A stretch of 64,000 nt of DNA from Pedococcus sp. (GCF_036000045.1 NZ_DASYGF010000060.1:26804-90803); one strand, 5' to 3'; positions 42,200-53,556 are shown, counted from the first letter of the stretch. Made by a program: numbers and translations. The notes: generated by a model not told the origin, from the letters alone.

Positions 42200-43179
42200 C
42201 AGCGCATGCCGCCGCTGACCGTGTCGAGCCACAACGTGGCATAGCGCTGCGCGTCGACCCCGAGACACACGTCGATCGTCGAGCGGGCCGGTCCGTGCGG
42301 GTCGTGCGACAGGTCGCCACCCCAGTCGCGCCGGTCGACGATGGTCCGTCCGCGCGACCAGGTGCCGGCCAGCTCGACGCGCACGGGCAGCCTCTCGCGC
42401 CTGACTCCGGCCGGCTCGATGACCGTGCAGACCGCCCCCGCGTCGCCGATGGTCGCACTGTCGGCGCCGAACCGCGCGCACTGGAACCCGACCAGGCGCC
42501 CGGCGAGCTCGCCGGGCCCGTGGCCGCCTGCCGAGACCAGCTTCGCGGCGGTGGCCTTGGAGATCCTCGGCGCGTAGAAGACGTCGAGGCCGTACATCGT
42601 CACGCGCACCCCCAGGGCGGCACAGGCGTCCAGCACGACGGCCGCCGACTCGGGGTCGTGGAACACGTTGAACTCGGCCGAGGCCGTCGCATTGCCCACG
42701 TGCGCCGCGCCGCCCATGAACACGACCTCGCGCAGCCCCCTCGCCGCCTCAGGATAGGTGCGCAGCAGCAGCGCGACGTTGGTGAGCGGCGCCAGTGGCA
42801 CCAGCGTGACCAGCTGGTCCTCGCCCCCGGCAGCGGCCTCGAGCAGCACGTCGCGGAGCACCTCGACGGCATGGCGTGCGTCGGGCTCGCGGGTCGACTT
42901 GGCCCAGTCGAGGTCGCCCATGCCGTCCTGGCCGTGCACGTGGCGGGCGTCGACCGCCTCCTCGAGGAGTGGTCGCTCCGCGCCACGCGCGACGACGACA
43001 TCGGGCCGCTCGGCGGCGTCGAGCACGGTGAGGGTGTTGGCCACGACAGAGTCGACGTCGGCGTTGCCTCCGACGCAGGTGACCGCGCGCAGGTCCAGCG
43101 CGGGATGCAGGGCGGCCAGCAGGATGGCGCAGGCGTCGTCGACACCGGTGTCGACGTCGAGAACGACGGGGAGGGCCAT
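42199..43179 (-). CDS. Nucleoside hydrolase (IUNH family)
   Basis: DVDTGVDDA, HGQDGMG, APLTNVA, AEFNVFHDPE. Start at ATG 43179. Confidence 0.9.
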   Translation of the reverse strand: MALPVVLDVDTGVDDACAILLAALHPALDLRAVTCVGGNADVDSVVANTLTVLDAAERPDVVVARGAERPLLEEAVDARHVHGQDGMGDLDWAKSTREPDARHAVEVLRDVLLEAAAGGEDQLVTLVPLAPLTNVALLLRTYPEAARGLREVVFMGGAAHVGNATASAEFNVFHDPESAAVVLDACAALGVRVTMYGLDVFYAPRISKATAAKLVSAGGHGPGELAGRLVGFQCARFGADSATIGDAGAVCTVIEPAGVRRERLPVRVELAGTWSRGRTIVDRRDWGGDLSHDPHGPARSTIDVCLGVDAQRYATLWLDTVSGGMR

Positions 43180-43245
43180 GCGCCGATCCTGCCAGAGGCC
43201 GTGGCCGGCCCGACGGGACCGAGCGTGAGGGCGTAGGTTCGAACG

Positions 43246-44571
43246 ATGTGGACACGAGGCGTCGCCGCGCGCCGGGGCCGCCCCGGTGGGACGGCGGCGG
43301 TCGCGGTCCTCTCGCTGCTGGCGCTCGGCATGAGTGCGTCGTGCTCGACCACGCCACCAGCCCCACCACCCCGGTCCACCGCCCCGCCGAGCACGACGGG
43401 CCCACCTCCGACCGCCATGCCCTCCTCCGCGACGAGCCCGCCCACCCCGGCAGGGCCCACCACCGCTCCCCGCCCCCGACCCAGCAGCCCGCCGACGACG
43501 AGGGGGGCCACGGCGGGAGCCCGACCAGGCGACGGCTGCGGCCAGCGGCTCGCCGCCGCCATGACGCCGGCCCAGCGCGCGGGACAGCTGCTCATGGTCG
43601 GCCTGGAGCCCACGATGAGCTCGCGGACTCTTGCCGCCCAGGTGCGCGCTCAGGGCATCGGCGGGGTGATCTATGTCGGCGGGTGGTACACCGGAACCGC
43701 TTCTGTGGCAACGGTTTCCGCACGGCTCCAAGCGGCTGCGGCAGGCCACCTGCTGATTGCGGCCGACCAGGAGGGTGGTGCGGTGCAGCAGCTGCGGGGG
43801 GCCGGTTTCTCGCGGATACCCTCGGCCCGCACCCAGGCGACGATGGGCACCCTCGCCGAGGAACGGGACGCCCGGCTCTGGTCGCGCCAGCTGGCCGCAG
43901 CAGGGGTCAACGTCAACCTCGCTCCGGTCGCCGACACCGTGCCGAGCTGGATGGGCGCGGGGAACGCGCCGATCGGCCGCTACGAGCGCGACTTCGCCCC
44001 CGGCGCCCCACTGACCAACGGCCGGTATGCCGCCGCCTTCGTCCGCGGAAGCCTCGCCGGGGGGATCGCACCGACCGCCAAGCACTTCCCCGGCCTGGGT
44101 CGCGTGCGGGGCAACACCGACACGACGAGCCAGGGCATCACCGACACGACAACCTCGGCGGCCGACCCCTACCTCGCATCCTTCAGGGCCACCATCGCCG
44201 CGGGGGCGCCGCTGGTGATGGTCTCGTCCGCGTTCTACCCGCGGCTCGACCGGGTCGCTCAGGCGGTGTTCTCGGCGCCGGTCGTCACCGGTCTGCTACG
44301 GCAGCGGATGGGGTTCGGAGGGGTGGTGGTCAGCGACGACCTCGGGTCTGCCGCGTCGGTGGCGCGCGTGCCCGTGGGTCAGCGAGCGACCCGGTTCGTC
44401 GCCGCGGGGGGCGACATCGTGCTCACCACGGTGGCCTCCCAGGCGCCGGCCATGGTGAGCGCTCTGTTGGCGAAGCGCGCCGCGAGCCCGGCGTTCGCGC
44501 GCCGCCTCGACGCCTCGGCGGCCCGGGTGCTCGACCTCAAGGCCCGGCTGCGTCTGGCCCACTGCCCCTGA
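43246..44571 (+). CDS. GH3 beta-N-acetylhexosaminidase-like exported protein/lipoprotein
   Basis: Signal peptide with Cys, Pro/Thr linker, AADQEGG, NLAPVAD, KHFPGLG, VSDDL. Confidence 0.82.
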   Translation: MWTRGVAARRGRPGGTAAVAVLSLLALGMSASCSTTPPAPPPRSTAPPSTTGPPPTAMPSSATSPPTPAGPTTAPRPRPSSPPTTRGATAGARPGDGCGQRLAAAMTPAQRAGQLLMVGLEPTMSSRTLAAQVRAQGIGGVIYVGGWYTGTASVATVSARLQAAAAGHLLIAADQEGGAVQQLRGAGFSRIPSARTQATMGTLAEERDARLWSRQLAAAGVNVNLAPVADTVPSWMGAGNAPIGRYERDFAPGAPLTNGRYAAAFVRGSLAGGIAPTAKHFPGLGRVRGNTDTTSQGITDTTTSAADPYLASFRATIAAGAPLVMVSSAFYPRLDRVAQAVFSAPVVTGLLRQRMGFGGVVVSDDLGSAASVARVPVGQRATRFVAAGGDIVLTTVASQAPAMVSALLAKRAASPAFARRLDASAARVLDLKARLRLAHCP

Positions 44572-44635
44572 GCGGTGGCGTCCCGTCGCGCGCTGTGGGG
44601 CTGGCGGAGGCGTGCCCGAGGCGTGTGCCCGAGGG

Positions 44636-44674
44636 TGTGCCCTAGGCCTGTGCCCTAGGCCTGTGCCCTAGGCC
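44636..44674. repeat. 13-bp tandem repeat (tgtgccctaggcc x3) overlapping the tsaD stop
   Basis: Units start at 44636, 44649 and 44662; two degenerate gtgcccgagg copies precede them. Confidence 0.85.
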
Positions 44675-45717
44675 TGGACCTCGGTCACCGGCATGGAGGA
44701 GTCCGCCGGCAGTCCGAGATCGGATGGCGCCCGCCCCTTGAGCACCATCTGGGCGCCGAGGGAGGCGACCATCGCGCCGTTGTCCGTGCACAGCCCGGGC
44801 CTCGGCACGCGCAAGGCGATGCCCGCCGCGTCGCAGCGCTCCTGGGCCATGGCTCGCAGCCGCGAGTTGGCGGCAACCCCACCGCCGATCTGGAGGTTGG
44901 CGACGCCGTGCTCCTTGCAGGCCAGGACCGCCTTGCGGGTCAGCACATCGGTCACCGCCTCCTGGAACGACGCCGCGACGTCCGCCACCGGCACGGGCTC
45001 TCCCGCGGCCTCGCGCGCCTGCACCCAGCGAGCCACAGCCGTCTTGAGCCCCGAGAACGAGAAGTCGAACCGGTGCCGCTCCATGTCACGCCCCGTCGTC
45101 AGCCCTCGCGGGAAGTCGATGGCGACGCTGCTGCCCTCGCGGGCGGCCCGGTCGATGTAGGGGCCACCCGGGAACGGCAGGCCCAACACACGCGCCACCT
45201 TGTCGAAAGCCTCACCCGCGGCGTCGTCGATCGTCGAGCCGAGAGAGATGATCTCGTGGGTGACATCGGGCACGAGCAGCAGGGAGGAGTGACCACCCGA
45301 GACCAGCATCGCCAGGGTCGGCTCGGGCAGCGGCCCGTGCTCGACGATGTCGACGGCGACGTGGGACGCGAGGTGGTTGACGCCGTAGAGGGGCTTGCCC
45401 AGAGCGACCGCGAGCGCCTTGGCCGCCGCGACGCCCACCATGAGCGCACCCGCCAGCCCGGGACCCGAGGTCACGGCGATGGCGTCGAGGTCGGTCAGCC
45501 GCACGCCGGCCTCGCGCGTGGCGCGTTCGATCGTGGGCACCATCGCCTCGAGGTGGGCCCGGCTGGCCACCTCGGGCACTACCCCGCCGAACCGCGCATG
45601 CTCGTCCACGCTGCTGGCGATGGCGTCGACCAGCAACGTCTCGCCGCGCACGATGCCGACCCCGGTCTCGTCGCAGGAGGTCTCCAACCCCAGCACGAGG
45701 GGCTCGTCAGCAGCCAT
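44668..45717 (-). CDS. tsaD: tRNA N6-threonylcarbamoyltransferase TsaD
   Basis: [53 protein letters not shown]. Confidence 0.96.
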   Translation of the reverse strand: MAADEPLVLGLETSCDETGVGIVRGETLLVDAIASSVDEHARFGGVVPEVASRAHLEAMVPTIERATREAGVRLTDLDAIAVTSGPGLAGALMVGVAAAKALAVALGKPLYGVNHLASHVAVDIVEHGPLPEPTLAMLVSGGHSSLLLVPDVTHEIISLGSTIDDAAGEAFDKVARVLGLPFPGGPYIDRAAREGSSVAIDFPRGLTTGRDMERHRFDFSFSGLKTAVARWVQAREAAGEPVPVADVAASFQEAVTDVLTRKAVLACKEHGVANLQIGGGVAANSRLRAMAQERCDAAGIALRVPRPGLCTDNGAMVASLGAQMVLKGRAPSDLGLPADSSMPVTEVQA

Positions 45718-46166
45718 CAGGCGTCCCCTCCCAGGCTCAGCCGCATGATCTCGGCGTCGACGTCGCCCGGCTGGTAGTACCTGCGGCGGACGCTCACGAC
45801 CTCGAACCCCCGGGAGCCATACAGTGCACGCGCCGTCGCATTGTCGGCCCGCACCTCGAGCATGAGGTATGCCGCGTGGTCGGCCTCGGCGCGGGCCACC
45901 AGCTCCTCGAGCAGGCGCCGCCCGAGGCCGCGCCCCTGGGCGGCGGGGGCCACGGCCATGGTCATCACGTCGGCGACGTCACCACCGAGGTCGAGCCCGG
46001 CATACGCGAGCAGGTCGCCGTCGGCAGACTCCTCGACCACGTAGGACCGGCGCGGGCGGCCGGCGAGCTCGGACCACCAGGTGGCCTGGCTCCAGGCGTC
46101 GTGGGGGAACAGCTCGGCCTCCAGCTCGGCGAGCCGCTCGATGTCGGTCCAGGCCATGTCTCTCAT
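45717..46166 (-). CDS. rimI: Ribosomal-protein N-acetyltransferase RimI
   Basis: QGRGLG, LEVRADN, RRRYY; lies between tsaB and tsaD. Confidence 0.9.
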   Translation of the reverse strand: MRDMAWTDIERLAELEAELFPHDAWSQATWWSELAGRPRRSYVVEESADGDLLAYAGLDLGGDVADVMTMAVAPAAQGRGLGRRLLEELVARAEADHAAYLMLEVRADNATARALYGSRGFEVVSVRRRYYQPGDVDAEIMRLSLGGDA

Positions 46167-46819
46167 GCCCGTCCCCGCTCCGCGGTGGTCAGGGCGTCGG
46201 GGCGCCGGAGGTAGAGGGGCTCGACGGGCATGGGTACACCGTCGGCCAGCCGCCGGAGCGCCAGCCCGGCCAGCGAGCCGGCCTGCACGTCGAGGAGGGC
46301 CAGGGGCTCGGGGAAGAGATCAGGGAACAGGACGGGTCCGCGCCCCGCCGTGGGGAGCGCGCGCAGGTCCGCAGACAGCTCGGCCGGGCGGTCGACCGCC
46401 GGCTCGCTCAGGGCCTGCGGTATGCCGTCGACCGCCAGGTAGCGCACCCAGTAGACCTCCTTGCGGCGGGCGTCCGTCGCGACGAGGAACTCGCCGTCGC
46501 GCACCTGCGAGGCGGCGTCGACCGCGAGCGCGTCGAGGCTGCAGATCCCGTGGACGGGCAGTCCGCGGGCGTGGCCGAAGACGAGGCCGGTGACGATGCC
46601 GACACGCAGCCCGGTGAAGGGACCCGGCCCGGTGCCGACGACGACGTCGGTCACCTCCTCGGCCGAGCGGCCGGCCTGCGCGAGGACGTCGAGGACCAGG
46701 GGTGCGAGGCGTTCTGAGTGGCCTCGGGCGTCCAGCACCGAGACCTCGGCGGAGGTGCCCGGCCCGCGCAGCGCCACGGTGATGGCGGTGGTCGAGGTGT
46801 CGAGGGCGAGCAGCAGCAT
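46163..46819 (-). CDS. tsaB: TsaB (YeaZ)
   Basis: LALDTST, GPGPFTGLRVG, DARRKEVY, PLYLRRPDA. Confidence 0.94.
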   Translation of the reverse strand: MLLLALDTSTTAITVALRGPGTSAEVSVLDARGHSERLAPLVLDVLAQAGRSAEEVTDVVVGTGPGPFTGLRVGIVTGLVFGHARGLPVHGICSLDALAVDAASQVRDGEFLVATDARRKEVYWVRYLAVDGIPQALSEPAVDRPAELSADLRALPTAGRGPVLFPDLFPEPLALLDVQAGSLAGLALRRLADGVPMPVEPLYLRRPDALTTAERGRA

Positions 46820-47343
46820 CAGCAGGGCTCCGTGAGACTCGTCAGGCCATGGAGGACGTCCATCGTGTCCGGTTCGCCGTGCTCGTGCTGGCCCCCAGGG
46901 TTAGCTGACCAGCGGGGGCCGTGCGTGGTGACCGTGGCGGTGCGGACGTCCTCGCCGATGAGGCTGACCTCGAGCCGGTCCTCGGTGAGGTCCTCGGCCA
47001 GGCCGTGCCCCCACTCGACGACCGTCACGGAGTCCTCCAGAGAGGTGTCGAGGTCGAGGTCGTCGAGCTCGGCGAAGCCCCCCAGGCGGTACGCGTCGAC
47101 GTGCACCAAGGCGGGACCGCCCACCAGCGAGGGGTGGACTCGGGCGATGACGAACGTGGGCGACGTGATCGGCCCCCGCACTCCCAGACCCTCGGCGACG
47201 CCCTGGGTCAGGGTGGTCTTGCCGGCACCGAGGCCCCCGGTCAGCACCACGAGGTCGCCCGCTCGCAACAACCGGCCCAGCCGACCACCCCAGGCACGAG
47301 TGGCCTCCGGGGTGGTCAGCGGCGGGCTGACGAGGTCAGCCAC
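46819..47343 (-). CDS. tsaE: TsaE (YjeE) ATPase
   Basis: GLGAGKTT, TSPTFVIARVH, HVDAYRL, VVEWG; GTG start at 47343. Confidence 0.93.
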   Translation of the reverse strand: MADLVSPPLTTPEATRAWGGRLGRLLRAGDLVVLTGGLGAGKTTLTQGVAEGLGVRGPITSPTFVIARVHPSLVGGPALVHVDAYRLGGFAELDDLDLDTSLEDSVTVVEWGHGLAEDLTEDRLEVSLIGEDVRTATVTTHGPRWSANPGGQHEHGEPDTMDVLHGLTSLTEPC

Positions 47344-48532
47344 GGCGGCCCCCGCGGCGCGCCTTGGCGACGCGGCGGCGCTTGGCGACATCGGTGATCG
47401 TGCGGCGGACCCGCGGCTTGAGCGCCACGGCGACGCCCTCCTGCGCCGCCCGCATCCCGCGCTCGACGAGGGCCAGCAGCTGCTCGTTGAGCACGTCGGG
47501 GTGCTCGAGCATGATGATGTGTCCGGCGTCCTCGACCACGAGGTGCTCGGCCCCCGGGACCAGCCGGACGATGGCGTCGGAGTGGTCCGGCGGGGTGAGC
47601 AGGTCCTGCATGCCGTTGACCACCAGCGTCTCGACGCCGTGAAACTTCTCGAGGGCGTCGCGCTTGTCGTGGAGGTTGATCGACGGCAGGAAGTCCGCCA
47701 TGACCTGCAGGGGCGTGCCCATGATCATGTCGCCGGTGTAGCGGACGGTCTGCTGCGAGACCGCGGACGCGAAGCTGTAGTGCTCGACGATGAGGTCCTC
47801 GACATCGCGACCCAGCCGGCGGGCGGTGTTGACCAGCTGCTGACGCGAGCCGAGCCGGGCGAGGAAGCGCGGCCCGAGTCGGCCGAGCAGGCGGCCGACC
47901 AGCTGGCCGAAACCGAGGTTCATCATGTTCTGGCCCCCCGCGCTGGTGGCGACGAAGGCGGCGGCGACCACGCGGTCGCGCACCACTTCGGGGAACTGGT
48001 GAGCGAGCGACATCATGGTCATGCCGCCCATGGAGTGGCCGACCAGCACCAGCGGGCCCTCGGGCGCCGCCTCCTCGATCACGCGGTGGAGGTCGGCCCC
48101 GAGCTGGTCGATCGTGCATGACTCGGCCGGCGCTCGCTCGGACTGGCCGTGGCTGCGCTGGTCCCAGAGCACGACGCGGTACCCGGCCTCGACGAGGGCC
48201 TTTCGCTGGAGCACCCAGCTCTTGAGGCTGAGCGTGTACCCGTGCGAGAACACGACGGTCGGCCGGTCGGGGGACGCCGTGTCTGCCGCCGGCTCGTCCG
48301 CCTCGACGTGCAACGGCACGCCGTCGTCGGCGATGACCGCGAACTCCTTGTCGGGGGTATGGGCATAGCTGCCCGCGGGGGCGAGCACCGCGAGCCGGGC
48401 ATGACGGTCCTTGGTGGCCCGGCCAGCGGCGACGCCCACTGCAGCGGCCGCGCCGGCGGCCGCGAGGCCGACGCCCAGCCCGACCAGCCCGCGAGCCGAC
48501 CGGCTCAGCGGTGCGGGCACTGGAACGCTCAC
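47336..48532 (-). CDS. Alpha/beta hydrolase (membrane-anchored lipase-like)
   Basis: HGYTL, DQRSHGQS, GHSMGG, AGHIIMLEHP; GTG start coupled to the alr stop. Confidence 0.85.
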   Translation of the reverse strand: MSVPVPAPLSRSARGLVGLGVGLAAAGAAAAVGVAAGRATKDRHARLAVLAPAGSYAHTPDKEFAVIADDGVPLHVEADEPAADTASPDRPTVVFSHGYTLSLKSWVLQRKALVEAGYRVVLWDQRSHGQSERAPAESCTIDQLGADLHRVIEEAAPEGPLVLVGHSMGGMTMMSLAHQFPEVVRDRVVAAAFVATSAGGQNMMNLGFGQLVGRLLGRLGPRFLARLGSRQQLVNTARRLGRDVEDLIVEHYSFASAVSQQTVRYTGDMIMGTPLQVMADFLPSINLHDKRDALEKFHGVETLVVNGMQDLLTPPDHSDAIVRLVPGAEHLVVEDAGHIIMLEHPDVLNEQLLALVERGMRAAQEGVAVALKPRVRRTITDVAKRRRVAKARRGGRRG

Positions 48533-49707
48533 TGCCCGGCTCCGACGTAGACGCGCGGCACCCGGGCGCCGACCCGGGTGACGATCTCGTAGTTGATCGT
48601 GTCGATGGCCGCCGCCCAGTCCTGGGCGGTCGGCTCTCCTGCCGCGCCGACGCCGAAGAGCACGGCCTCGTCGCCCGCCTGGGCGACGGTGTCGGGACCG
48701 AGGTCGAGCACGATCTGGTCCATGCAGACCCGGCCGGCCACGGCGTACGTCCGGCCGTCGACCTGGACGGGACCCACGTTGGTGGCGTGCCGCGGGATCC
48801 CGTCGGAGTAGCCCATGGGCACGAGGCCCAGCATGGTCGCCTCGGAGGTCGTGTAGACGTGGCCGTAGGAGACCCCCTGGCCGGCGGGCGCACGCTTGAC
48901 GCTGGAGAGCCGTGCGAGGAGGCGCATCGCCTCGCGCAGGCCGAAGTCCTCGGGGGCACCGAGGTCCGGCACCGGCGACAGGCCGTAGACGGCCACGCCC
49001 GGGCGCACGAGGTCGTAGTGCGCGGACGGGTTCGTCAGCGTCGCCGCGGAGTTCGCGAGGTGCCGGACCTGGGGCCGGATGCCGGCGCGCTCGGCCTGCT
49101 CGACGATGCCTTCGAACCGCTGCTGCTGGGCCTTGACCGTCGGGTGCTGCGGCGCATCGGCGTAGGCGAAGTGGCTGAACAGGCCCACCACCTCGACCGC
49201 CCGCTCTGACTGCGCCGTGGCGAGGCCGGCCAGCAGGGCCTCCAGGTCGGCATCCCAGGCGCCGTTGCGCCCCAGGCCGGTGTCGACCTTGAGGTGCACA
49301 CGGGCCGTGCGACCGGTCGCGTTCGCCGCGGCCAGCGTCTGGTCGAGGGCCCACCTGGTGGAGAGCCCGAGGTCGATGCCCGCCTCCACGGCGGGGGCGA
49401 AGTCCTGGCCGGGGACGTGCAGCCACGACAGCAGGGGCGCCTGGACGCCCGCCTCGCGCAGGGCCAGGGCCTCGGGCAGCTGGGCCACCCCGAGCCAGGT
49501 GGCCCCACCCCGCAGCGCGGCGCGGGCGCTCGGGACCAGCCCGTGACCGTAGGCGTCGGCCTTCACGACCGCCATGACCTCCGCGTCGCCGGCGCGGGCC
49601 TTGAGGGCGGCCACATTGCCGGCGATGGCGTCGAGGTCGACCTGGGCGCACGAAGGAAGCCCCGGCGGAGCCGGGGCGACGGGGCTGCTCACGGGGTGCT
49701 CGCTCAT
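48529..49707 (-). CDS. alr: Alanine racemase
   Basis: AVVKADAYGHG, HLKVDTGLGRNG, HLANSA, GRVCMDQ, TINYE. Confidence 0.96.
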   Translation of the reverse strand: MSEHPVSSPVAPAPPGLPSCAQVDLDAIAGNVAALKARAGDAEVMAVVKADAYGHGLVPSARAALRGGATWLGVAQLPEALALREAGVQAPLLSWLHVPGQDFAPAVEAGIDLGLSTRWALDQTLAAANATGRTARVHLKVDTGLGRNGAWDADLEALLAGLATAQSERAVEVVGLFSHFAYADAPQHPTVKAQQQRFEGIVEQAERAGIRPQVRHLANSAATLTNPSAHYDLVRPGVAVYGLSPVPDLGAPEDFGLREAMRLLARLSSVKRAPAGQGVSYGHVYTTSEATMLGLVPMGYSDGIPRHATNVGPVQVDGRTYAVAGRVCMDQIVLDLGPDTVAQAGDEAVLFGVGAAGEPTAQDWAAAIDTINYEIVTRVGARVPRVYVGAGQ

Positions 49708-49777
49708 CACTGGCAAGTCTGTCAGAACTGGGGCGTGGGGGGTCGGCAGGCCCCACTCGGATGCCGCTGGCGGCGGC

Positions 49778-51238
49778 TCAGCGGGTGAGCAGGTGCGCCA
49801 CGGTCGTCGGTATGCCGTGCGCCACCGCCAGCGCGCGCAGCGGGCCACCGGGGTTGGCCCGATCGGCAGCCACGCCGTGGACCAGGGCGCCGAGGCTGCC
49901 TGCGTCGAGCGGTGAGAGCCCCGCGGCGAGCAGCGCACCGCAGAGACCGGCCAGGACGTCACCCGCCCCGGCCGTGGCGAGCCACGGTGGGGCGTCGTTC
50001 TGGCTGCGCACGGGCAGGTCCGCCGAGGTCGGCGGCACGACCAGGGTGGTCGACCCCTTGAGCAGGATCGTGGCGCCCGTGAGGTCGGCGGCCCGGCGGG
50101 CGTGCGCCAGCGGCGTGATCGAGACCTGAGCCCGGGTGACCTCGGTGCCCGTGAGCCGGCTCAGCAGCCGGGCCAGCTCGCCGGCGTGCGGGGTCAGCAG
50201 GGTCGGGGCCTTGCGGGAGCCGTCGACGAGGTCCAAGCCGCCGGCGTCGACGAGGACGGGCAGGTCCGACGCCAGCGCCTCGCGACCGGCATCGAGCTGG
50301 GCTCGGGCGGTGTCGGTGTCGGACGTGGCGTCGATGCCCGGGCCGACGACCCACGCCTGCACCCGCCCCACGCCGATGACCGCCTCGGGAACTGCGGCCC
50401 GCACGAGCGAGACGGGAGTCGGCGGCCCGACATACCGGAGCATGCCCAGGCCGGCGCCGACGGCCGCGGTGCAGCACAGCACAGCCGCCCCGGTGTAGTC
50501 CTCACTGCCCGCGACGACGCCGAGGACCCCGCGGGAGTACTTGTCGTCGGTGGCGCCGGGCCGGGGCCACAGCAGCGCCACGTCGTCGTGGCCGAGGCGC
50601 TGCACGTCACCGGCGCGCTCGAAGGTCAGGCCGATGTCGACGACCGTGAGGCGCCCCACCGCGAGCTCCGTCGCGGGGAGCAGGTGCACCGGCTTGGCAA
50701 CACCGAAGGTCACCGTCTCGTCGGCGAAGACGCCCTGGTCGGAGGCGTGCTCGCCGGCGGGGTCCTGTCCTGACGGCAGGTCGACCGCCACGACGAAGGC
50801 GGACTCCGGGATCGCGTCGACCCAGGTCACGGCCTCGCCCGGCAGCCCCGGGCGCCCCCCGATCCCGAGCACCCCGTCGACCACGAGGTCCGCGCCTGCC
50901 AGGGCGGCGGCCTGCCCCTCGGCATCGCCACGGAGCACCCTCACACCGGCCGCGGTCGCGGCCGCCAGTCCCCCCGGGTGGGCGTCCCAGTCCCCTTGGA
51001 GCACCACGCAGTCGAGGCCCTCCTCCGCGAGGTGGGCCACGGCATACAGGGCATCGCCGCCGTTGTTGCCCGGACCGACCAATGCCACCACCGAGGTGCC
51101 GCCACGCTCGGCGAGACGCGCGCGGCAGACCTCCGCCAGCCCGGCGGCGGCGCGGCCCATGAGCTCACCCTCGGGTAGCTGCTCCATCAGGCGGGACTCT
51201 GCAGCCCGTACCCGGTCCGGAGCGTAGGCGTCGAGCAC
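49778..51238 (-). CDS. nnr: Bifunctional NAD(P)HX epimerase/dehydratase
   Basis: GPGNNGGD, VDLPSG, DDKYSRG, LTPHAGE, LATAGAGDVLAG. Confidence 0.92.
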   Translation of the reverse strand: MLDAYAPDRVRAAESRLMEQLPEGELMGRAAAGLAEVCRARLAERGGTSVVALVGPGNNGGDALYAVAHLAEEGLDCVVLQGDWDAHPGGLAAATAAGVRVLRGDAEGQAAALAGADLVVDGVLGIGGRPGLPGEAVTWVDAIPESAFVVAVDLPSGQDPAGEHASDQGVFADETVTFGVAKPVHLLPATELAVGRLTVVDIGLTFERAGDVQRLGHDDVALLWPRPGATDDKYSRGVLGVVAGSEDYTGAAVLCCTAAVGAGLGMLRYVGPPTPVSLVRAAVPEAVIGVGRVQAWVVGPGIDATSDTDTARAQLDAGREALASDLPVLVDAGGLDLVDGSRKAPTLLTPHAGELARLLSRLTGTEVTRAQVSITPLAHARRAADLTGATILLKGSTTLVVPPTSADLPVRSQNDAPPWLATAGAGDVLAGLCGALLAAGLSPLDAGSLGALVHGVAADRANPGGPLRALAVAHGIPTTVAHLLTR

Positions 51239-51241
51239 GGC

Positions 51242-51592
51242 TCAGCCCTCCGCGACCACGACGGCCGAGGCGATACCGGCGTCGTGCGACAGCGACACGT
51301 GCATGGCGTGGACTCCCAGCGCCTCGGCCCGCGCCTCGACGGTGCCGGTGACCTGCAGGTGGGGGCGGCCGTCCTCGCCCCGCCGCACGGTCGCGTCGTG
51401 CCACTGCAGGCCGACCGGGGCGCCGAGCGCCTTGGCGATGGCCTCCTTGGCGGCGAAGCGGGCAGCGAGGGAGTTCAGCGGGAGCTCACGCTCCTCGGGT
51501 GTGAAGAGCCGGTCGCGCAGGCCGGGGGTGCGCTCCAGGGTCGCGCCGAAGCGCTCGATGTCGACGACATCGATCCCGACTCCCACGATCAT
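51242..51592 (-). CDS. acpS: Holo-ACP synthase
   Basis: [20 protein letters not shown]. Confidence 0.95.
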   Translation of the reverse strand: MIVGVGIDVVDIERFGATLERTPGLRDRLFTPEERELPLNSLAARFAAKEAIAKALGAPVGLQWHDATVRRGEDGRPHLQVTGTVEARAEALGVHAMHVSLSHDAGIASAVVVAEG

Positions 51593-51620
51593 CGGTGCTG
51601 CGCCCGATCCGGACGGCGGG

Positions 51621-53480
51621 TCACTCGACCGTGACCGACTTCGCGAGGTTGCGCGGCTGGTCGACGTCGAGGCCCTTGGCGGTCGAGAGGTGCAGCGCGA
51701 ACACCTGCAGCGGCACCACCGTGAGCAGCGGCGCCAGCAGCGGCGAGGTCGCGGGCACCCGGATCACCTCGTCGGCGAACGGCACCACGTCCTCGTCACC
51801 CTCCTCGGCGACGACGAGCGTGCGGGCGCCGCGGGCACGGATCTCCTGGATGTTGGAGACGACCTTCTTGTGGAGCCCGTGCGGCGTGCCCGGGCCGGGG
51901 ACGACGATGAAGACCGGTTGGCCGGCCTCGATCAGGGCGATCGGACCGTGCTTGAGCTCGCCGGCGGCGAAGCCCTCGGCGTGGATATAGGCGAGCTCCT
52001 TGAGCTTGAGCGCACCCTCGAGGGCCACCGGATAGCCGACGTTGCGCCCGAGGAAGAGCACCGACCGGGTGTCGGCCATGAACCGCGCGATCTCCTTGAC
52101 CCGTGCCATCCGGCCGAGCAGCTCCTCGAGCTTGCCGGGGATCTCGTGCAGCTCCTTCATCACGGCCTGTGCGTCGTCGGCGAAGGTGCCGCCGCGCAGC
52201 TGTGCGAGGTAGAGGCCGAGGATGTAGCAGGCGGTGATCTGCGCCAGGAAGGCCTTGGTCGAGGCGACGGCGATCTCGGGACCGGCGTGGGTGTAGAGGA
52301 TGGCGTCGGACTCGCGCGGGATCGTCGACCCGTGGGTGTTGCAGATCGACAGCGTCAGGGCGCCCAGCTCACGGGCGTGCTTGACGGCCATGAGGGTGTC
52401 CATGGTCTCGCCGGACTGGCTGATGCTGACCACGAGCGTGCGGTCGGTCGCGATGGGGTCGCTGTAGCGGAACTCGTGGGCCAGGGCGACCTCGACGGGG
52501 ATCCGCGTCCAGTGCTCGATCGCGTACTTCGCGACCATGCCCGCGTAGGCCGCGGTGCCACAGGCCACGATGATGATCCGGTCGACGTTGCGGAGCTGGT
52601 CCTCGGTGATCGACATGTCGTCCAGCACGAGCCGGCCATCGGAGTCGGTACGGCCGAGCAGGGTGTCGCGGACGGCGTGCGGCTGCTCGTAGATCTCCTT
52701 CTCCATGAAGGTCGCGTAGCCGCCCTTCTCGGCGGCGGCCGCGTCCCAGGTCACCTCATAGCGCTTACCCTCGGCCGGGCTTCCGTCGAACCCGATGACG
52801 TCGTAGGAGTCGGGGGTGATCGTGACGATCTGGTCCTGGCCGAGCTCGAGAGCCTGACGGGTGTGCCCGATGAAGGCGGCGACGTCCGAGCCCAGGAAGT
52901 TCTCGCCGTCGCCCAGCCCGACCACGAGCGGGCTGTTGCGGCGTGCGCCGACGACGACGCCAGGGCTGTCAGCGTGGACGGCGAGGAGCGTGAAGGCGCC
53001 CTCGAGGCGGTTGACGACGGCCTTCATCGCGCTCGTGAGGTCGCCCGTCGCGGCATACTCACGCGCCACGAGGTGAGCGGCCACCTCGGTGTCGGTCTCG
53101 CTGGCGAAGTCGACGCCGTCGGCGAGCAGCCCCTGCTTGAGCTGGTGGAAGTTCTCGATGATGCCGTTGTGGATGAGCGCGAGCTTGCCATCGACCCCAC
53201 CACGGTGGGGGTGGGCGTTCTGGTCGGTCGGGCCGCCGTGGGTCGCCCAGCGGGTGTGACCGATGCCCGTGGTCGAGCCGGGGAGCTCGTCCGCGGCCAG
53301 CGCCTCCTGGAGGTTGACCAGCTTGCCGGCGCGCTTCTCGCTGACGACACCGCTCTCGGTGACGAGCGCGACGCCGGCCGAGTCGTAACCGCGGTACTCG
53401 AGCCGGGCCAGGCCCTCCATGACGACGTCCAGCGCTGTGCCGTCGGCGACGGGTCCGACGTAACCCACGATTCCACACAT
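51621..53480 (-). CDS. glmS: Glutamine--fructose-6-phosphate aminotransferase
   Basis: [36 protein letters not shown]. Confidence 0.97.
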   Translation of the reverse strand: MCGIVGYVGPVADGTALDVVMEGLARLEYRGYDSAGVALVTESGVVSEKRAGKLVNLQEALAADELPGSTTGIGHTRWATHGGPTDQNAHPHRGGVDGKLALIHNGIIENFHQLKQGLLADGVDFASETDTEVAAHLVAREYAATGDLTSAMKAVVNRLEGAFTLLAVHADSPGVVVGARRNSPLVVGLGDGENFLGSDVAAFIGHTRQALELGQDQIVTITPDSYDVIGFDGSPAEGKRYEVTWDAAAAEKGGYATFMEKEIYEQPHAVRDTLLGRTDSDGRLVLDDMSITEDQLRNVDRIIIVACGTAAYAGMVAKYAIEHWTRIPVEVALAHEFRYSDPIATDRTLVVSISQSGETMDTLMAVKHARELGALTLSICNTHGSTIPRESDAILYTHAGPEIAVASTKAFLAQITACYILGLYLAQLRGGTFADDAQAVMKELHEIPGKLEELLGRMARVKEIARFMADTRSVLFLGRNVGYPVALEGALKLKELAYIHAEGFAAGELKHGPIALIEAGQPVFIVVPGPGTPHGLHKKVVSNIQEIRARGARTLVVAEEGDEDVVPFADEVIRVPATSPLLAPLLTVVPLQVFALHLSTAKGLDVDQPRNLAKSVTVE

Positions 53481-53556
53481 GGCGTGCAGCCTAACCGGCG
53501 ACGGGCGTCTCACCGGCATCCGACGCTGCGCGCTCCAGCGGCACCCGTGGGCCACA

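Noticed and set aside
53481-53556. glmS ribozyme
   Set aside because: The gap is only about 76 bp, shared with coaA, and glmS appears leaderless.
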